Source of the DNA: Candidatus Krumholzibacteriales bacterium
Lineage (GTDB): Bacteria; Krumholzibacteriota; Krumholzibacteriia; Krumholzibacteriales; WJIX01
DNA length: 64,000 nucleotides
Assembly: GCA_046483305.1 (NCBI GenBank)
Contig: JAWODM010000072.1
Span: 1-64,000 of the forward strand
Direction: 5' to 3'
Shown here in pieces: positions 9,202 through 17,170 of this stretch. The notes under the pieces are model-generated. The model made no database searches. It was not told the origin of the DNA and was given only the letters and a program-made list of their open reading frames with translations. The stretch's first letter is position 1. The number at the start of each line of letters is the position of its first letter. A program made the position numbers and the translations under genes.

Positions 9202-9552
9202 CTACTGCACAAGTTCTCTGATTTTATTCTTCAGCGGATCCAGGTCCATCGATTTTACTATATAAGCGTCGGCAGCCCAGGTCTTGAAATTCTCCTTATA
9301 AACAGAATATGCAGAGTTGATTATTACCGGAATTTCCTTCCTGCTTTCCACAATCTCCACCAGAGCGTCTATCCCGCTTTCATTGCCCAGTTTTATATCC
9401 AGGATTATAAGATCCGGAGATTCGCTATCCACCGATTCTATAGCCTCCTGGACATCCCTGGCCGTAACTACGGAATAACCTTCGTTCTCGAGCTCTTTCC
9501 TGTAAAGTTTCCTGACATTTATCTCGTCATCTACCACAAGAATCTTTGTCAT
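9202..9552 (-). CDS. Single-domain response regulator (receiver only)
   Basis: KILVVDDE, DLIILD (phospho-acceptor Asp), SA and K motifs; no output domain. The ATG at 9552 is the one correctly spaced from GGAG. Confidence 0.92.
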   Translation of the reverse strand: MTKILVVDDEINVRKLYRKELENEGYSVVTARDVQEAIESVDSESPDLIILDIKLGNESGIDALVEIVESRKEIPVIINSAYSVYKENFKTWAADAYIVKSMDLDPLKNKIRELVQ

Positions 9553-9656
9553 AAGCATCTCCGGAAAAAGAGATTAATCCACGGTTCTACACTACTATAT
9601 TTGCTTAAAATTGCTCGGAGGTCAAGCTAAAAAATAAATAAGGGATTATGAGAATT

Positions 9657-10766
9657 CTATTCTATTTCAAGCTGGAGGACTATTTCCAGATCGTTCTCTT
9701 CGAGTTTTTCTCTCGGTACCCTCACCGGGATTACGATAGCTTCAGGCGCGCTCTCTTCGGCTCCCATCTCTGATCCCTGTTCTTCTTCCGCCTCTTCTGC
9801 CTCGCGTTCCCTGTCGAGGTCTTCAAGGGGATCATTGATGAACTCCACCGCCACTTCCGGCACCGCTTCACCCTTTTCAGCCCGGGCGTCTCCCAACTCC
9901 ACAGTATGCCCGTACTCCCTGAAATCTTCATCGGCGCTCTCAAACTCGAGTTCTTCGCCGTTTTCATCGTCAGAAAGTACCTGATCAACAAACTCGGAGA
10001 CAGAATTATGCTCCTCTTTACTCTCCTCTGCGCTATTTAAAGACTTGCTTTCATCCGCCTCCGAGTCGATAACTTTATCCTCGTAGTCTCCGGTTCCCGT
10101 AGCATATTCAACCACCGGGCCTTCTTTCTCCGCCTTCCCGGCCTCGTTTTCAGAGATTTCAGGCTGTTCCGTATTATTAATATCGTTCTTGACCTTCTTG
10201 AATACCTTGCGGGCTATCGATTCAAACGTCTCGTACACTCCCTTCCCCCGTACCGCCACCGCCTCAAAGAATTCAGCCCCGGTCTCGTTCAGCTCATCCT
10301 CCAGCCTGTCAATACTCACGCAGTCTCCGGCATCTCTTTTGTTATACTGAATAACCATCGGTATATCGGAAAGCGACAGGCCGTTTTCGCTGAGGTTGTT
10401 CTTCAGGTTATTGAGACTGGCGATATTATCATCCATCTTTCCCGTGGTTGAATCCGCCACGAATACCACCGCATCCACTCCGTTGAGAACCAGCTTCCGG
10501 GTAGCGTTGTAATAGACCTGGCCCGGCACCGTATAAATGAGAAATTTCACGGTGGTTCCCTTTACCTTCTCTATCTTCAGGGGGAGAAAATCGAAAAACA
10601 GGGTACGGTCGGTCCTGGTTTTCATCGAAACCATTTTCCCTTTGCTCTCAGGGGGAAGTTTGGAATAGATATGTTCCAGATTGGTGGTCTTTCCGCTCAG
10701 CGCGGGTCCGTAGTATACTATCTTGATGTTGATCTCATGATTATTGTGAGTGGTCATTGATTCCAT
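9657..10766 (-). CDS. mglA: MglA-family small GTPase with a long acidic C-terminal extension
   Basis: INIKIVYYGPALSGKTTNL, RTLFFDFLP, YTVPGQVYY, VVFVADS and QYNKRD are MglA hallmarks; followed by about 170 Glu/Asp-rich residues. Confidence 0.88.
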   Translation of the reverse strand: MESMTTHNNHEINIKIVYYGPALSGKTTNLEHIYSKLPPESKGKMVSMKTRTDRTLFFDFLPLKIEKVKGTTVKFLIYTVPGQVYYNATRKLVLNGVDAVVFVADSTTGKMDDNIASLNNLKNNLSENGLSLSDIPMVIQYNKRDAGDCVSIDRLEDELNETGAEFFEAVAVRGKGVYETFESIARKVFKKVKNDINNTEQPEISENEAGKAEKEGPVVEYATGTGDYEDKVIDSEADESKSLNSAEESKEEHNSVSEFVDQVLSDDENGEELEFESADEDFREYGHTVELGDARAEKGEAVPEVAVEFINDPLEDLDREREAEEAEEEQGSEMGAEESAPEAIVIPVRVPREKLEENDLEIVLQLEIE

Positions 10767-10915
10767 CCCTTATCTGATTGTCCAGGGCCCGGGAAGTTTC
10801 CCATCGTATATCCGAAAACCGGTTCGGATAAGGTTCTGATCTCTGATGTTATATCCTGGGTGTCGGGTTACAGTCATTAATGAGAAACCAACACCCGGGC
10901 CGTTAAGGTATAACC

Positions 10916-10930
10916 GCAAAGACTGTGCCA
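10916..10930 (-). promoter_or_regulatory. sigma54 (-24/-12) promoter upstream of mglA
   Basis: Minus strand TGGCAC-AGTCT-TTGC, an exact match to TGGCAC-N5-TTGC; an IHF-like site (TAATTCATTGTTT) lies at 10955-10967. Confidence 0.7.
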
Positions 10931-11125
10931 CCCATAAACCCGGCGCGGCTTTTATAATTCATTGTTTTTATGGAAATTACCGGATTACATTTTTGAAGTG
11001 TAAAAATCCTGCCTCAAATTTGCCGATTAATCTCTTATTATGCAACACCCTCGATATAATAAAAGGAAGGTTGAAACCCTGATTCTGAATGGGGAGGTTG
11101 GCTGACGCGCTCGGCGGGTATACCT

Positions 11126-11509
11126 TTACTGCACGGTATCCGCATTCACGCAGTTCAGGAAAATCTCGGGTACATGATCCGCTGCCGCGGTAGCCTGAAC
11201 ATTCCAGTAGAAATACTTGATGGAATCACGTATCCCCCCGTTGCTCCTTATAAACAGATTATGGGAACCGGGATCTATATGAAGCAGGGCCGGCTCGTCC
11301 GTAGAGATAAGCCCCAGGTAATCATCGTCAACATGAACCTGAAGCCCGATAGTGAGACAATTGGCAGTCTTGACCACCAGGTACCCCTCGCCGTCGCCTA
11401 TCTCAGTCCCATAGGGCCTGACATCCAGCCCCTCCTCTTCATCACTGCAGCCCCATATAACTAATCCGACAAGTACTGATATTGCAAGCAAGAATGAGCG
11501 TTTCATCAA
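11126..11509 (-). CDS. Predicted lipoprotein with a PEGA-like beta domain
   Basis: Signal peptide ending in a lipobox-like VIWG-C; VHVDDDYLG...IDPGSHNLFI resembles PEGA; GGAGG SD. Confidence 0.7.
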   Translation of the reverse strand: MMKRSFLLAISVLVGLVIWGCSDEEEGLDVRPYGTEIGDGEGYLVVKTANCLTIGLQVHVDDDYLGLISTDEPALLHIDPGSHNLFIRSNGGIRDSIKYFYWNVQATAAADHVPEIFLNCVNADTVQ

Positions 11510-11641
11510 AACCTCCCGACAGCCGCATTAAAACCGGAAATATCCGGGCACCGGGCCAATATTAAAATACAGACAATTTTCTAATGAAAATTAATATATA
11601 TTCTCAGAGGACACAAACAAAAATTTGGCAAACAGTGTTTT

Positions 11642-12052
11642 CTATCTTTCCCTGCCGCACCAGGGACAGAATCTGTAATCAGGAGAGATCCATTTTCCGC
11701 ATTCACAGCCGCGGAGCGATTCCTTCCTGATCCTGACGTCAGTTACCGGGTCTTTCTGAAGAGATTTGAGCTTATCATACAATTCATCAGCCCTTGCCAG
11801 GACAAATTCATAATTTTCATCACCCGATTTAACCACTACAGATGGGTGAATGCTTCCCCCCTTTATCTTAATCTCCTGGATGGAGCATACATCCAGAGAG
11901 AGGTTTCTGATACCGAATTTGGAATCCAGTGAAGAAACCTGGAAATTGAGGTACCGGTCGGTCAGTTCAATTATACCTCTGGCCGCCAGCAATTTCGTCC
12001 GGTAGTAGATCGCTTTCTGCATGAAAATAGTCTTTTCACAGGAAAGTTGCAA
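11642..12052 (-). CDS. PH/GRAM-like domain protein with a C-terminal zinc ribbon
   Basis: AGGAGG SD with a TTG start; GIIELTDRYLNF...SIQEIKI resembles bacterial PH/GRAM folds; ends in CECG...FCPWCG. Confidence 0.65.
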   Translation of the reverse strand: MQLSCEKTIFMQKAIYYRTKLLAARGIIELTDRYLNFQVSSLDSKFGIRNLSLDVCSIQEIKIKGGSIHPSVVVKSGDENYEFVLARADELYDKLKSLQKDPVTDVRIRKESLRGCECGKWISPDYRFCPWCGRER

Positions 12053-12089
12053 TAGTTTACCTCCTGATTAACACTACCGGACAATAGAT

Positions 12090-12104
12090 GCCAAAAATAT
12101 GCCA
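12090..12104 (-). promoter_or_regulatory. Second sigma54-like promoter
   Basis: Minus strand TGGCAT-ATTTT-TGGC: GG-N10-GC spacing intact, about 25 nt upstream of the SD of the 11642-12052 gene. Confidence 0.45.
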
Positions 12105-12246
12105 CCCCCTCCGGAGAAAGCATTTACCGAAAAACTTCTTCCCGGCCGCGCCCATTATATGTCTGATGATATAGAGTCTGGTCCTTTTTTTGCAATGAAT
12201 CAAAGGCTGAGGATAGAATGATAATTTAAAAGGACGGGATGTATAA

Positions 12247-12687
12247 ATGGATATAACGGAGAAAATTCTAAAAGAGGTTTTTCACAGACTGCTCAATATC
12301 GAACCCAAAGACCAGGTAACAAAGAAGCTCCGCGGTATTATCGAAGGAATGATGGAGAGATTTCAGGAGACTTTCGACCTGAACTCAATTCAAAGCCAGA
12401 ACACCTTCAGAGCGGTTATATGCAGCATGTTCGTTCATGGGTGGGGAATGGGTATGCATCCATATAACAGCCCAGACACGAATTTGGACGACAAAAATGT
12501 GGAAGTCAGAGTGAGCAAGGATATTCTCATACCCCTGGAACATATCAAAACTCTCCGTTACATAAAAAAGGATAAGAAAGGCCGGGTCAAGAAAGCCCTC
12601 TTCGAACCGGATCAGAACGAAAGGGTCCGTAATCAGATAAACGGACTGCTTGAGAAGATATCAAGAGAAAAGTGGGGCAAGGAATAA
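12247..12687 (+). CDS. Hypothetical protein
   Basis: 146-aa ORF filling the gap between minus-strand genes; candidate promoter TTGCAA-18 nt-TAGAAT at 12190-12219; no family recognised. Confidence 0.65.
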   Translation: MDITEKILKEVFHRLLNIEPKDQVTKKLRGIIEGMMERFQETFDLNSIQSQNTFRAVICSMFVHGWGMGMHPYNSPDTNLDDKNVEVRVSKDILIPLEHIKTLRYIKKDKKGRVKKALFEPDQNERVRNQINGLLEKISREKWGKE

Positions 12688-12688
12688 G

Positions 12689-13528
12689 CTACCCGGAATC
12701 AGGAGGAAGGGATTTATTCATTTTTTCCATCTCTATGACGGTTCCCTCGTTCTTGAATGTGACCTTATCCATTATTTCCCTGATAATGAAAATCCCTCTG
12801 CCCGAATCGTTGTAGAGCTTCTCTGTTTCAGTAGGATCCGCGGTTGAATTGAAATCGAACCCGTCGCCCCTGTCCTCTATCTGGATGATAATACGGTGCG
12901 AACTTATATAAATCCGGACATGTACCTTCAGCTCCGGGTTCTTCCGGTTACCGTGGACGATCGCGTTTGTCAGGGCCTCATCCATAACCATCGGCAGATT
13001 TACCTTGGAATCTTCGCGGGGAAAGCCGAACTCAGCAGTCAGGAATGAAACCAGCCTGTTAACCCCTATGATCCTGGATAACTTGCTCGGTATCAGGAAA
13101 TCAAGGCGGACCTGGCCCTCCTTTATAAGCTCATTGCTCTTTCCAAATACCATTTCTTTCGATTTTTTCATGTTTCCGTTGAATACCGAATGGCAGTCCA
13201 GCGAACTTATCGGCGGAGTTATAATACCGCTGACTCCAGCTGATATGTAGGCGAGATAAGATCTCTCATCACACTCATCGGTGACGATAAAGATAGGTTT
13301 GTCAAGCAGCAGCAGGCATACCTGCCTTACCCTGGCAGGATTGAACCTTTTTCCCGGAAGAAACATGATTGTGCGGCTTATGCTTTCCGTTTTCTGAAGA
13401 GAGTTCAGGTAACGGGGAAAATTCCGGAAAGACCTGCTCTCCAGGCCTTCCGGAATTTCGGCCTTATCGAAGAACTCCCGATGAAGGCCCGGATTCAGAT
13501 TTAATATGACAACCAGACTGTTTTCCAC
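12689..13528 (-). CDS. RsbW/SpoIIAB-like anti-sigma-factor Ser kinase with an N-terminal degenerate receiver-like domain
   Basis: EALTNAIVHGN (N box), IEDRGDGFD (G1), SGRGIFIIREIMD (G2); the N-terminal PIFIVT...AGVSGIITPP echoes a receiver fold. Confidence 0.82.
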   Translation of the reverse strand: MENSLVVILNLNPGLHREFFDKAEIPEGLESRSFRNFPRYLNSLQKTESISRTIMFLPGKRFNPARVRQVCLLLLDKPIFIVTDECDERSYLAYISAGVSGIITPPISSLDCHSVFNGNMKKSKEMVFGKSNELIKEGQVRLDFLIPSKLSRIIGVNRLVSFLTAEFGFPREDSKVNLPMVMDEALTNAIVHGNRKNPELKVHVRIYISSHRIIIQIEDRGDGFDFNSTADPTETEKLYNDSGRGIFIIREIMDKVTFKNEGTVIEMEKMNKSLPPDSG

Positions 13529-13532
13529 TTCT

Positions 13533-14102
13533 CTAGAATAGTTCCTCCCCCTCCGCCAGTATGTTGTTCAGTGCTTCCTTAAAATATATATTTGCCTCTT
13601 TTATTTCAGGGCCAACCTTCTTCTTGTAAGCTTCCCATCCCTTCTTAATCTCAGGGCCCAGAACCTGGATCAGTTTGCCCTCGGCGAGTGCCTTGTCTCT
13701 CTTCTCTCTGTTGTAAACAAGGATATCACTTACAAATACTCTGGCAAGCCTTTTCGCTCTCTCCTTCTCCTTTTTCATTTCCGGTTTTTCGGCGGGTTCC
13801 TGTTCAACCGAGGAGCTGTTATCATCTATAGTGATCTCCTTGAAACCGCTTCCGGTTTCCACGGCCGCCTCCACTGCGGAATCAGTGTCAGGCTGTTCGA
13901 TCTGCCCGCTCTGATCAGAACCGCTCTCCATCCCCTCTTCGAATCCGCTCCGGCTTATCTGCAATTCATCACCGGATCTGGATTCCGTGAGCAGTCTCCA
14001 GATAAAACTGCATTTCGGGCATCTGACACGGATATCCTTCTCCGGAATATTTTCCTTCGGCAATTTGTATCTGGTCTCACATCCTTCGCAGGCGACAATC
14101 AT
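13533..14102 (-). CDS. MJ0042-type zinc-ribbon protein with an acidic linker and helical C-terminal domain
   Basis: MIVACEGCETRY...VRCPKC zinc finger; C-terminal AKRLARVFVSDILVYN...FKEALNNIL. Confidence 0.8.
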   Translation of the reverse strand: MIVACEGCETRYKLPKENIPEKDIRVRCPKCSFIWRLLTESRSGDELQISRSGFEEGMESGSDQSGQIEQPDTDSAVEAAVETGSGFKEITIDDNSSSVEQEPAEKPEMKKEKERAKRLARVFVSDILVYNREKRDKALAEGKLIQVLGPEIKKGWEAYKKKVGPEIKEANIYFKEALNNILAEGEELF

Positions 14103-14132
14103 TGCACTGGCTCCTTATCCTAAATAGTCTAC

Positions 14133-14681
14133 TCACAATCCGAGCTGCTGTGAGATTCCATCCATTGCATTAAGCGATAATTCGAGAAAATCCTGCAATT
14201 CAATTCCCATATCCCTGCAGGTTGAGATCGCCTTTCTGTCCGCTCCGGCGGCAAACCTCTTCTCTTTAAATCGCCTTCCGATGAAATCTGTGTCCATTCC
14301 GGACAGAGATTTGGTCGGATGCATTAACGCAGATGCAACAATCAAGCCAGTTACCGGGTCGGAGCAATAGATCGCCTTATCCATGAGAGAGTCTCTTTCC
14401 GCCTGTCCGGCATGGGCCAGAATGGCATGTTTTACCTCCTCCGGCACATCAGTTCCCTCCAGGATATCCAGTGTGACATGTCCGTGTTTCTCCGGAGTAT
14501 CTCCGGTCCGTTCGTAATCGAGGTCGTGAAGCAGACCGGCAAGCCCCCATAGCTCCTCATCCTGGTCAAACCTGCGGGCCAGCGCCCTCATAATCGCCTC
14601 CACCGCAAGAACATGTTTGATAAGGTTCTTCTTGCTCATATGTTTTTCCACTAATTCCATTGCTTCTTCTCTGGAAAGCAT
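14133..14681 (-). CDS. HD-domain (HDIG-type) phosphohydrolase
   Basis: KHVLAVE, GLLHDLDYE, HG, HAILAH and D motifs; ATG at 14681 preferred over the GTG at 14690. Confidence 0.88.
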   Translation of the reverse strand: MLSREEAMELVEKHMSKKNLIKHVLAVEAIMRALARRFDQDEELWGLAGLLHDLDYERTGDTPEKHGHVTLDILEGTDVPEEVKHAILAHAGQAERDSLMDKAIYCSDPVTGLIVASALMHPTKSLSGMDTDFIGRRFKEKRFAAGADRKAISTCRDMGIELQDFLELSLNAMDGISQQLGL

Positions 14682-14705
14682 GACAGCCACCCCTTCCGTA
14701 ATAAT

Positions 14706-16805
14706 TTATCCAATATCGGCTATATCCATACCTGGTTTATAATACATACGGAAATAATCGGCAACAACCCTGTTCTGCTCTTTTTTCAGTTCCGGGTCGT
14801 CTTTCACGATTTCGGCGCTTTTTTCCCATGAATACTTTACTATTCCGGTATCTTTCACCGGATTGAGAAGCCGGAACAGGGGCCGCCCCGACTGGCGGAC
14901 TCCCCAGATCTCACCCGGCCCTCTCAGCTCCAGATCTTTTTCCGCAACCTTGAAACCATCTTCGGTAGAAGCAAAGTAGTTCAGTCTTCTCAGGCTGTTA
15001 TCACCGGCGCCCTCGCCGGGTATCAGATAACATATACCCCTGTTCCCCTTCCTCCCGATCCTGCCTCTGAGCTGATGAAGCTGCGCCAGGCCGAATCTCT
15101 CCGAATTATTAATTATCAGCATGGAGGCGTTCGGAATATCCACTCCCACCTCAATCACGGTGGTGGTTACCAGAGCCGCGATATCACCCTTCTTGAAGCT
15201 TTCAATTGCTTTCTTTTTTTCAGGGTAACTCATACGCCCATGAAGAATCCCCAGTGGGAATTCCGGGAAAACCTCTTCCTGAAGTGTTTCGAATTCATTT
15301 ACCGCCGCCTTGAGATCATTGCTTTCGCTCTCCTCTATCAGAGGGTACAGTATGAACGCCTGCTCGCCTTCCCGGAAGATACTCCTGGCATGCGCGTAGC
15401 ATTTCTCCCTGTCATTTTCACTTACAATCTCGGTGGCAACCTTTCTTCTGCCGAACGGCAGCCTGCTTATTACTGACAGATCAAGGTCGCCGTAAACGAT
15501 CTGGGCCATCGATCTGGGTATCGGAGTGGCAGTCATCACCAGGAAGTGCGGCAATTCCCCGCTTTTTCCCAGCTGTGCCCTCTGTTTGACCCCGAACCGG
15601 TGCTGTTCGTCTATTACCGCGAAGCCGAGCCTGCCAAAGGATATCGCTTCCTGTATAAGCGCCTGGGTCCCTATAACCAGATCGATTTCGCCTTCAGCCA
15701 GCCTGCTGTGAATTCGATCCTTTTCCTTCTTTTTAAGAGAACCTATCAGGAGTTCCACTTCGACCGGCAGTCCGGAAACATAACCCTTTATCTTATTGTA
15801 ATGCTGAAGGGCAAGAAGTTCGGTAGGCACCATCATCGCCGCCTGGTAGCCGTTATCCACCGCCATGAACATGGACAGCAGACCCACTACGGTTTTCCCT
15901 GAACCTACATCCCCCTGTACCAGTCTGGCCAGCCCCTTTCCGCTTTCCATGTCGTTTCTTATTTCACTCATCACTTTCTTCTGAGATTCTGTAAGACTGA
16001 AGGGGAGGTTTCCGAGCAGGTCTCTGAGCATGGGATAGGGCGGCGAAACAGGCGGTCTGCTTCCGCTGCTTGAGATTTTCCTTCTCCTCTCTCTCAGCAG
16101 TATGTGAATAAAGAACAGCTCCTCAAACTTGAAACGGGTCCTGGCTTTCTCCAGCGCTTTAAAATCCCGGGGATAATGAATCTGCCAGAAAGATTCCTCC
16201 CTGGTCATCAGGCTGAGTTCCTTCTGAACTGAGCGGGGAAGATTCTCGCCGATTTCACCCCTGCATTTCTCCAGAGCGGACTTGATTATTCTGCGAATCA
16301 TCCTCTGTGATATCCCCGCAGTACATGGATAAACGGGCACTATCCGCCCGGTATGAATCAAATCTCTGTCACCGCTATCCGCTACCAGTTCAAAATCCGG
16401 AGAGGAGAGCTGCTTCTGACCCCGGTACGTATTAACCCTTCCGCTGGCTATAATTCCTTCTCCCTGTCTGAATCTGTTCTTCAGATATGGCTGGTTAAAG
16501 AACACCAGGTCGATTCTGCCGGTTTCGTCTCCCACCGCCACTGTCAACAGAGATCTTTTCCTTCCAAGCTTCCTCAGCGATTTAGCCAGTACCATTCCCG
16601 AAAAGGTAGCCTCATCTCCCGGTCCCAGCTCCGACACCTTTTTCATATTGCTCCTGTCATAGTACCTTCTGGGGAAATGCATAACCAGGTCTTCCACAGT
16701 CCTGATTCCAAGGTTGCTCAGGAGTTTCTGCCTGGCTGGCCCCACACCCTTTACGTACTGGCTGCTGGTGAGGAGAATGTTTTTATTATTTGCTCTATTA
16801 TTCAT
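14706..16805 (-). CDS. recG: ATP-dependent DNA helicase RecG
   Basis: KGVGP, HFPRRY, QGDVGSGKT, DEQHRFG, MTATPIPR, TTVIEVGVD, QLHQLRGRIGR, DLELRGPG. Start could lie up to 16856. Confidence 0.97.
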   Translation of the reverse strand: MNNRANNKNILLTSSQYVKGVGPARQKLLSNLGIRTVEDLVMHFPRRYYDRSNMKKVSELGPGDEATFSGMVLAKSLRKLGRKRSLLTVAVGDETGRIDLVFFNQPYLKNRFRQGEGIIASGRVNTYRGQKQLSSPDFELVADSGDRDLIHTGRIVPVYPCTAGISQRMIRRIIKSALEKCRGEIGENLPRSVQKELSLMTREESFWQIHYPRDFKALEKARTRFKFEELFFIHILLRERRRKISSSGSRPPVSPPYPMLRDLLGNLPFSLTESQKKVMSEIRNDMESGKGLARLVQGDVGSGKTVVGLLSMFMAVDNGYQAAMMVPTELLALQHYNKIKGYVSGLPVEVELLIGSLKKKEKDRIHSRLAEGEIDLVIGTQALIQEAISFGRLGFAVIDEQHRFGVKQRAQLGKSGELPHFLVMTATPIPRSMAQIVYGDLDLSVISRLPFGRRKVATEIVSENDREKCYAHARSIFREGEQAFILYPLIEESESNDLKAAVNEFETLQEEVFPEFPLGILHGRMSYPEKKKAIESFKKGDIAALVTTTVIEVGVDIPNASMLIINNSERFGLAQLHQLRGRIGRKGNRGICYLIPGEGAGDNSLRRLNYFASTEDGFKVAEKDLELRGPGEIWGVRQSGRPLFRLLNPVKDTGIVKYSWEKSAEIVKDDPELKKEQNRVVADYFRMYYKPGMDIADIG

Positions 16806-16812
16806 AAATAGC

Positions 16813-16841
16813 TTGCTTATCACCTCCTGTTTTTCTAATAT
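16813..16841 (+). promoter_or_regulatory. Candidate sigma70 promoter for rpmB
   Basis: TTGCTT-17 nt-TAATAT upstream of the GGAGG SD of rpmB. Confidence 0.45.
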
Positions 16842-16876
16842 ATAAAAACTGAACACAAAGTCACTGGAGGAATATT

Positions 16877-17068
16877 ATGAGTAAGAAATGTGCTATATGC
16901 GGCAAGAAGCCGGTTGTGGGAAACACCGTAAGCCACGCCCACAATGTCAATAAGAGAAGATTCATGCCCAACCTTCAAAAGATAAAGATCGAAAATGAGG
17001 GCAAAGTAAGAAAAGCATATGTATGCACCAAATGTATCAAGAGCGGCCGGGCCAAAAAGGTATTCTGA
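16877..17068 (+). CDS. rpmB: 50S ribosomal protein L28 (Cys-containing, putative zinc-binding form)
   Basis: [22 protein letters not shown]...RRFMPNLQ...[15 protein letters not shown]. Confidence 0.97.
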   Translation: MSKKCAICGKKPVVGNTVSHAHNVNKRRFMPNLQKIKIENEGKVRKAYVCTKCIKSGRAKKVF

Positions 17069-17170
17069 CCTGCCTGAACCTGATACCCGGCGTCCTTTTC
17101 TGTATATCCTACTTTTCATAATCAAAATTCGGTTCCAGATTACAAAAGTATATGCCTCGCTGCAGGCTGT

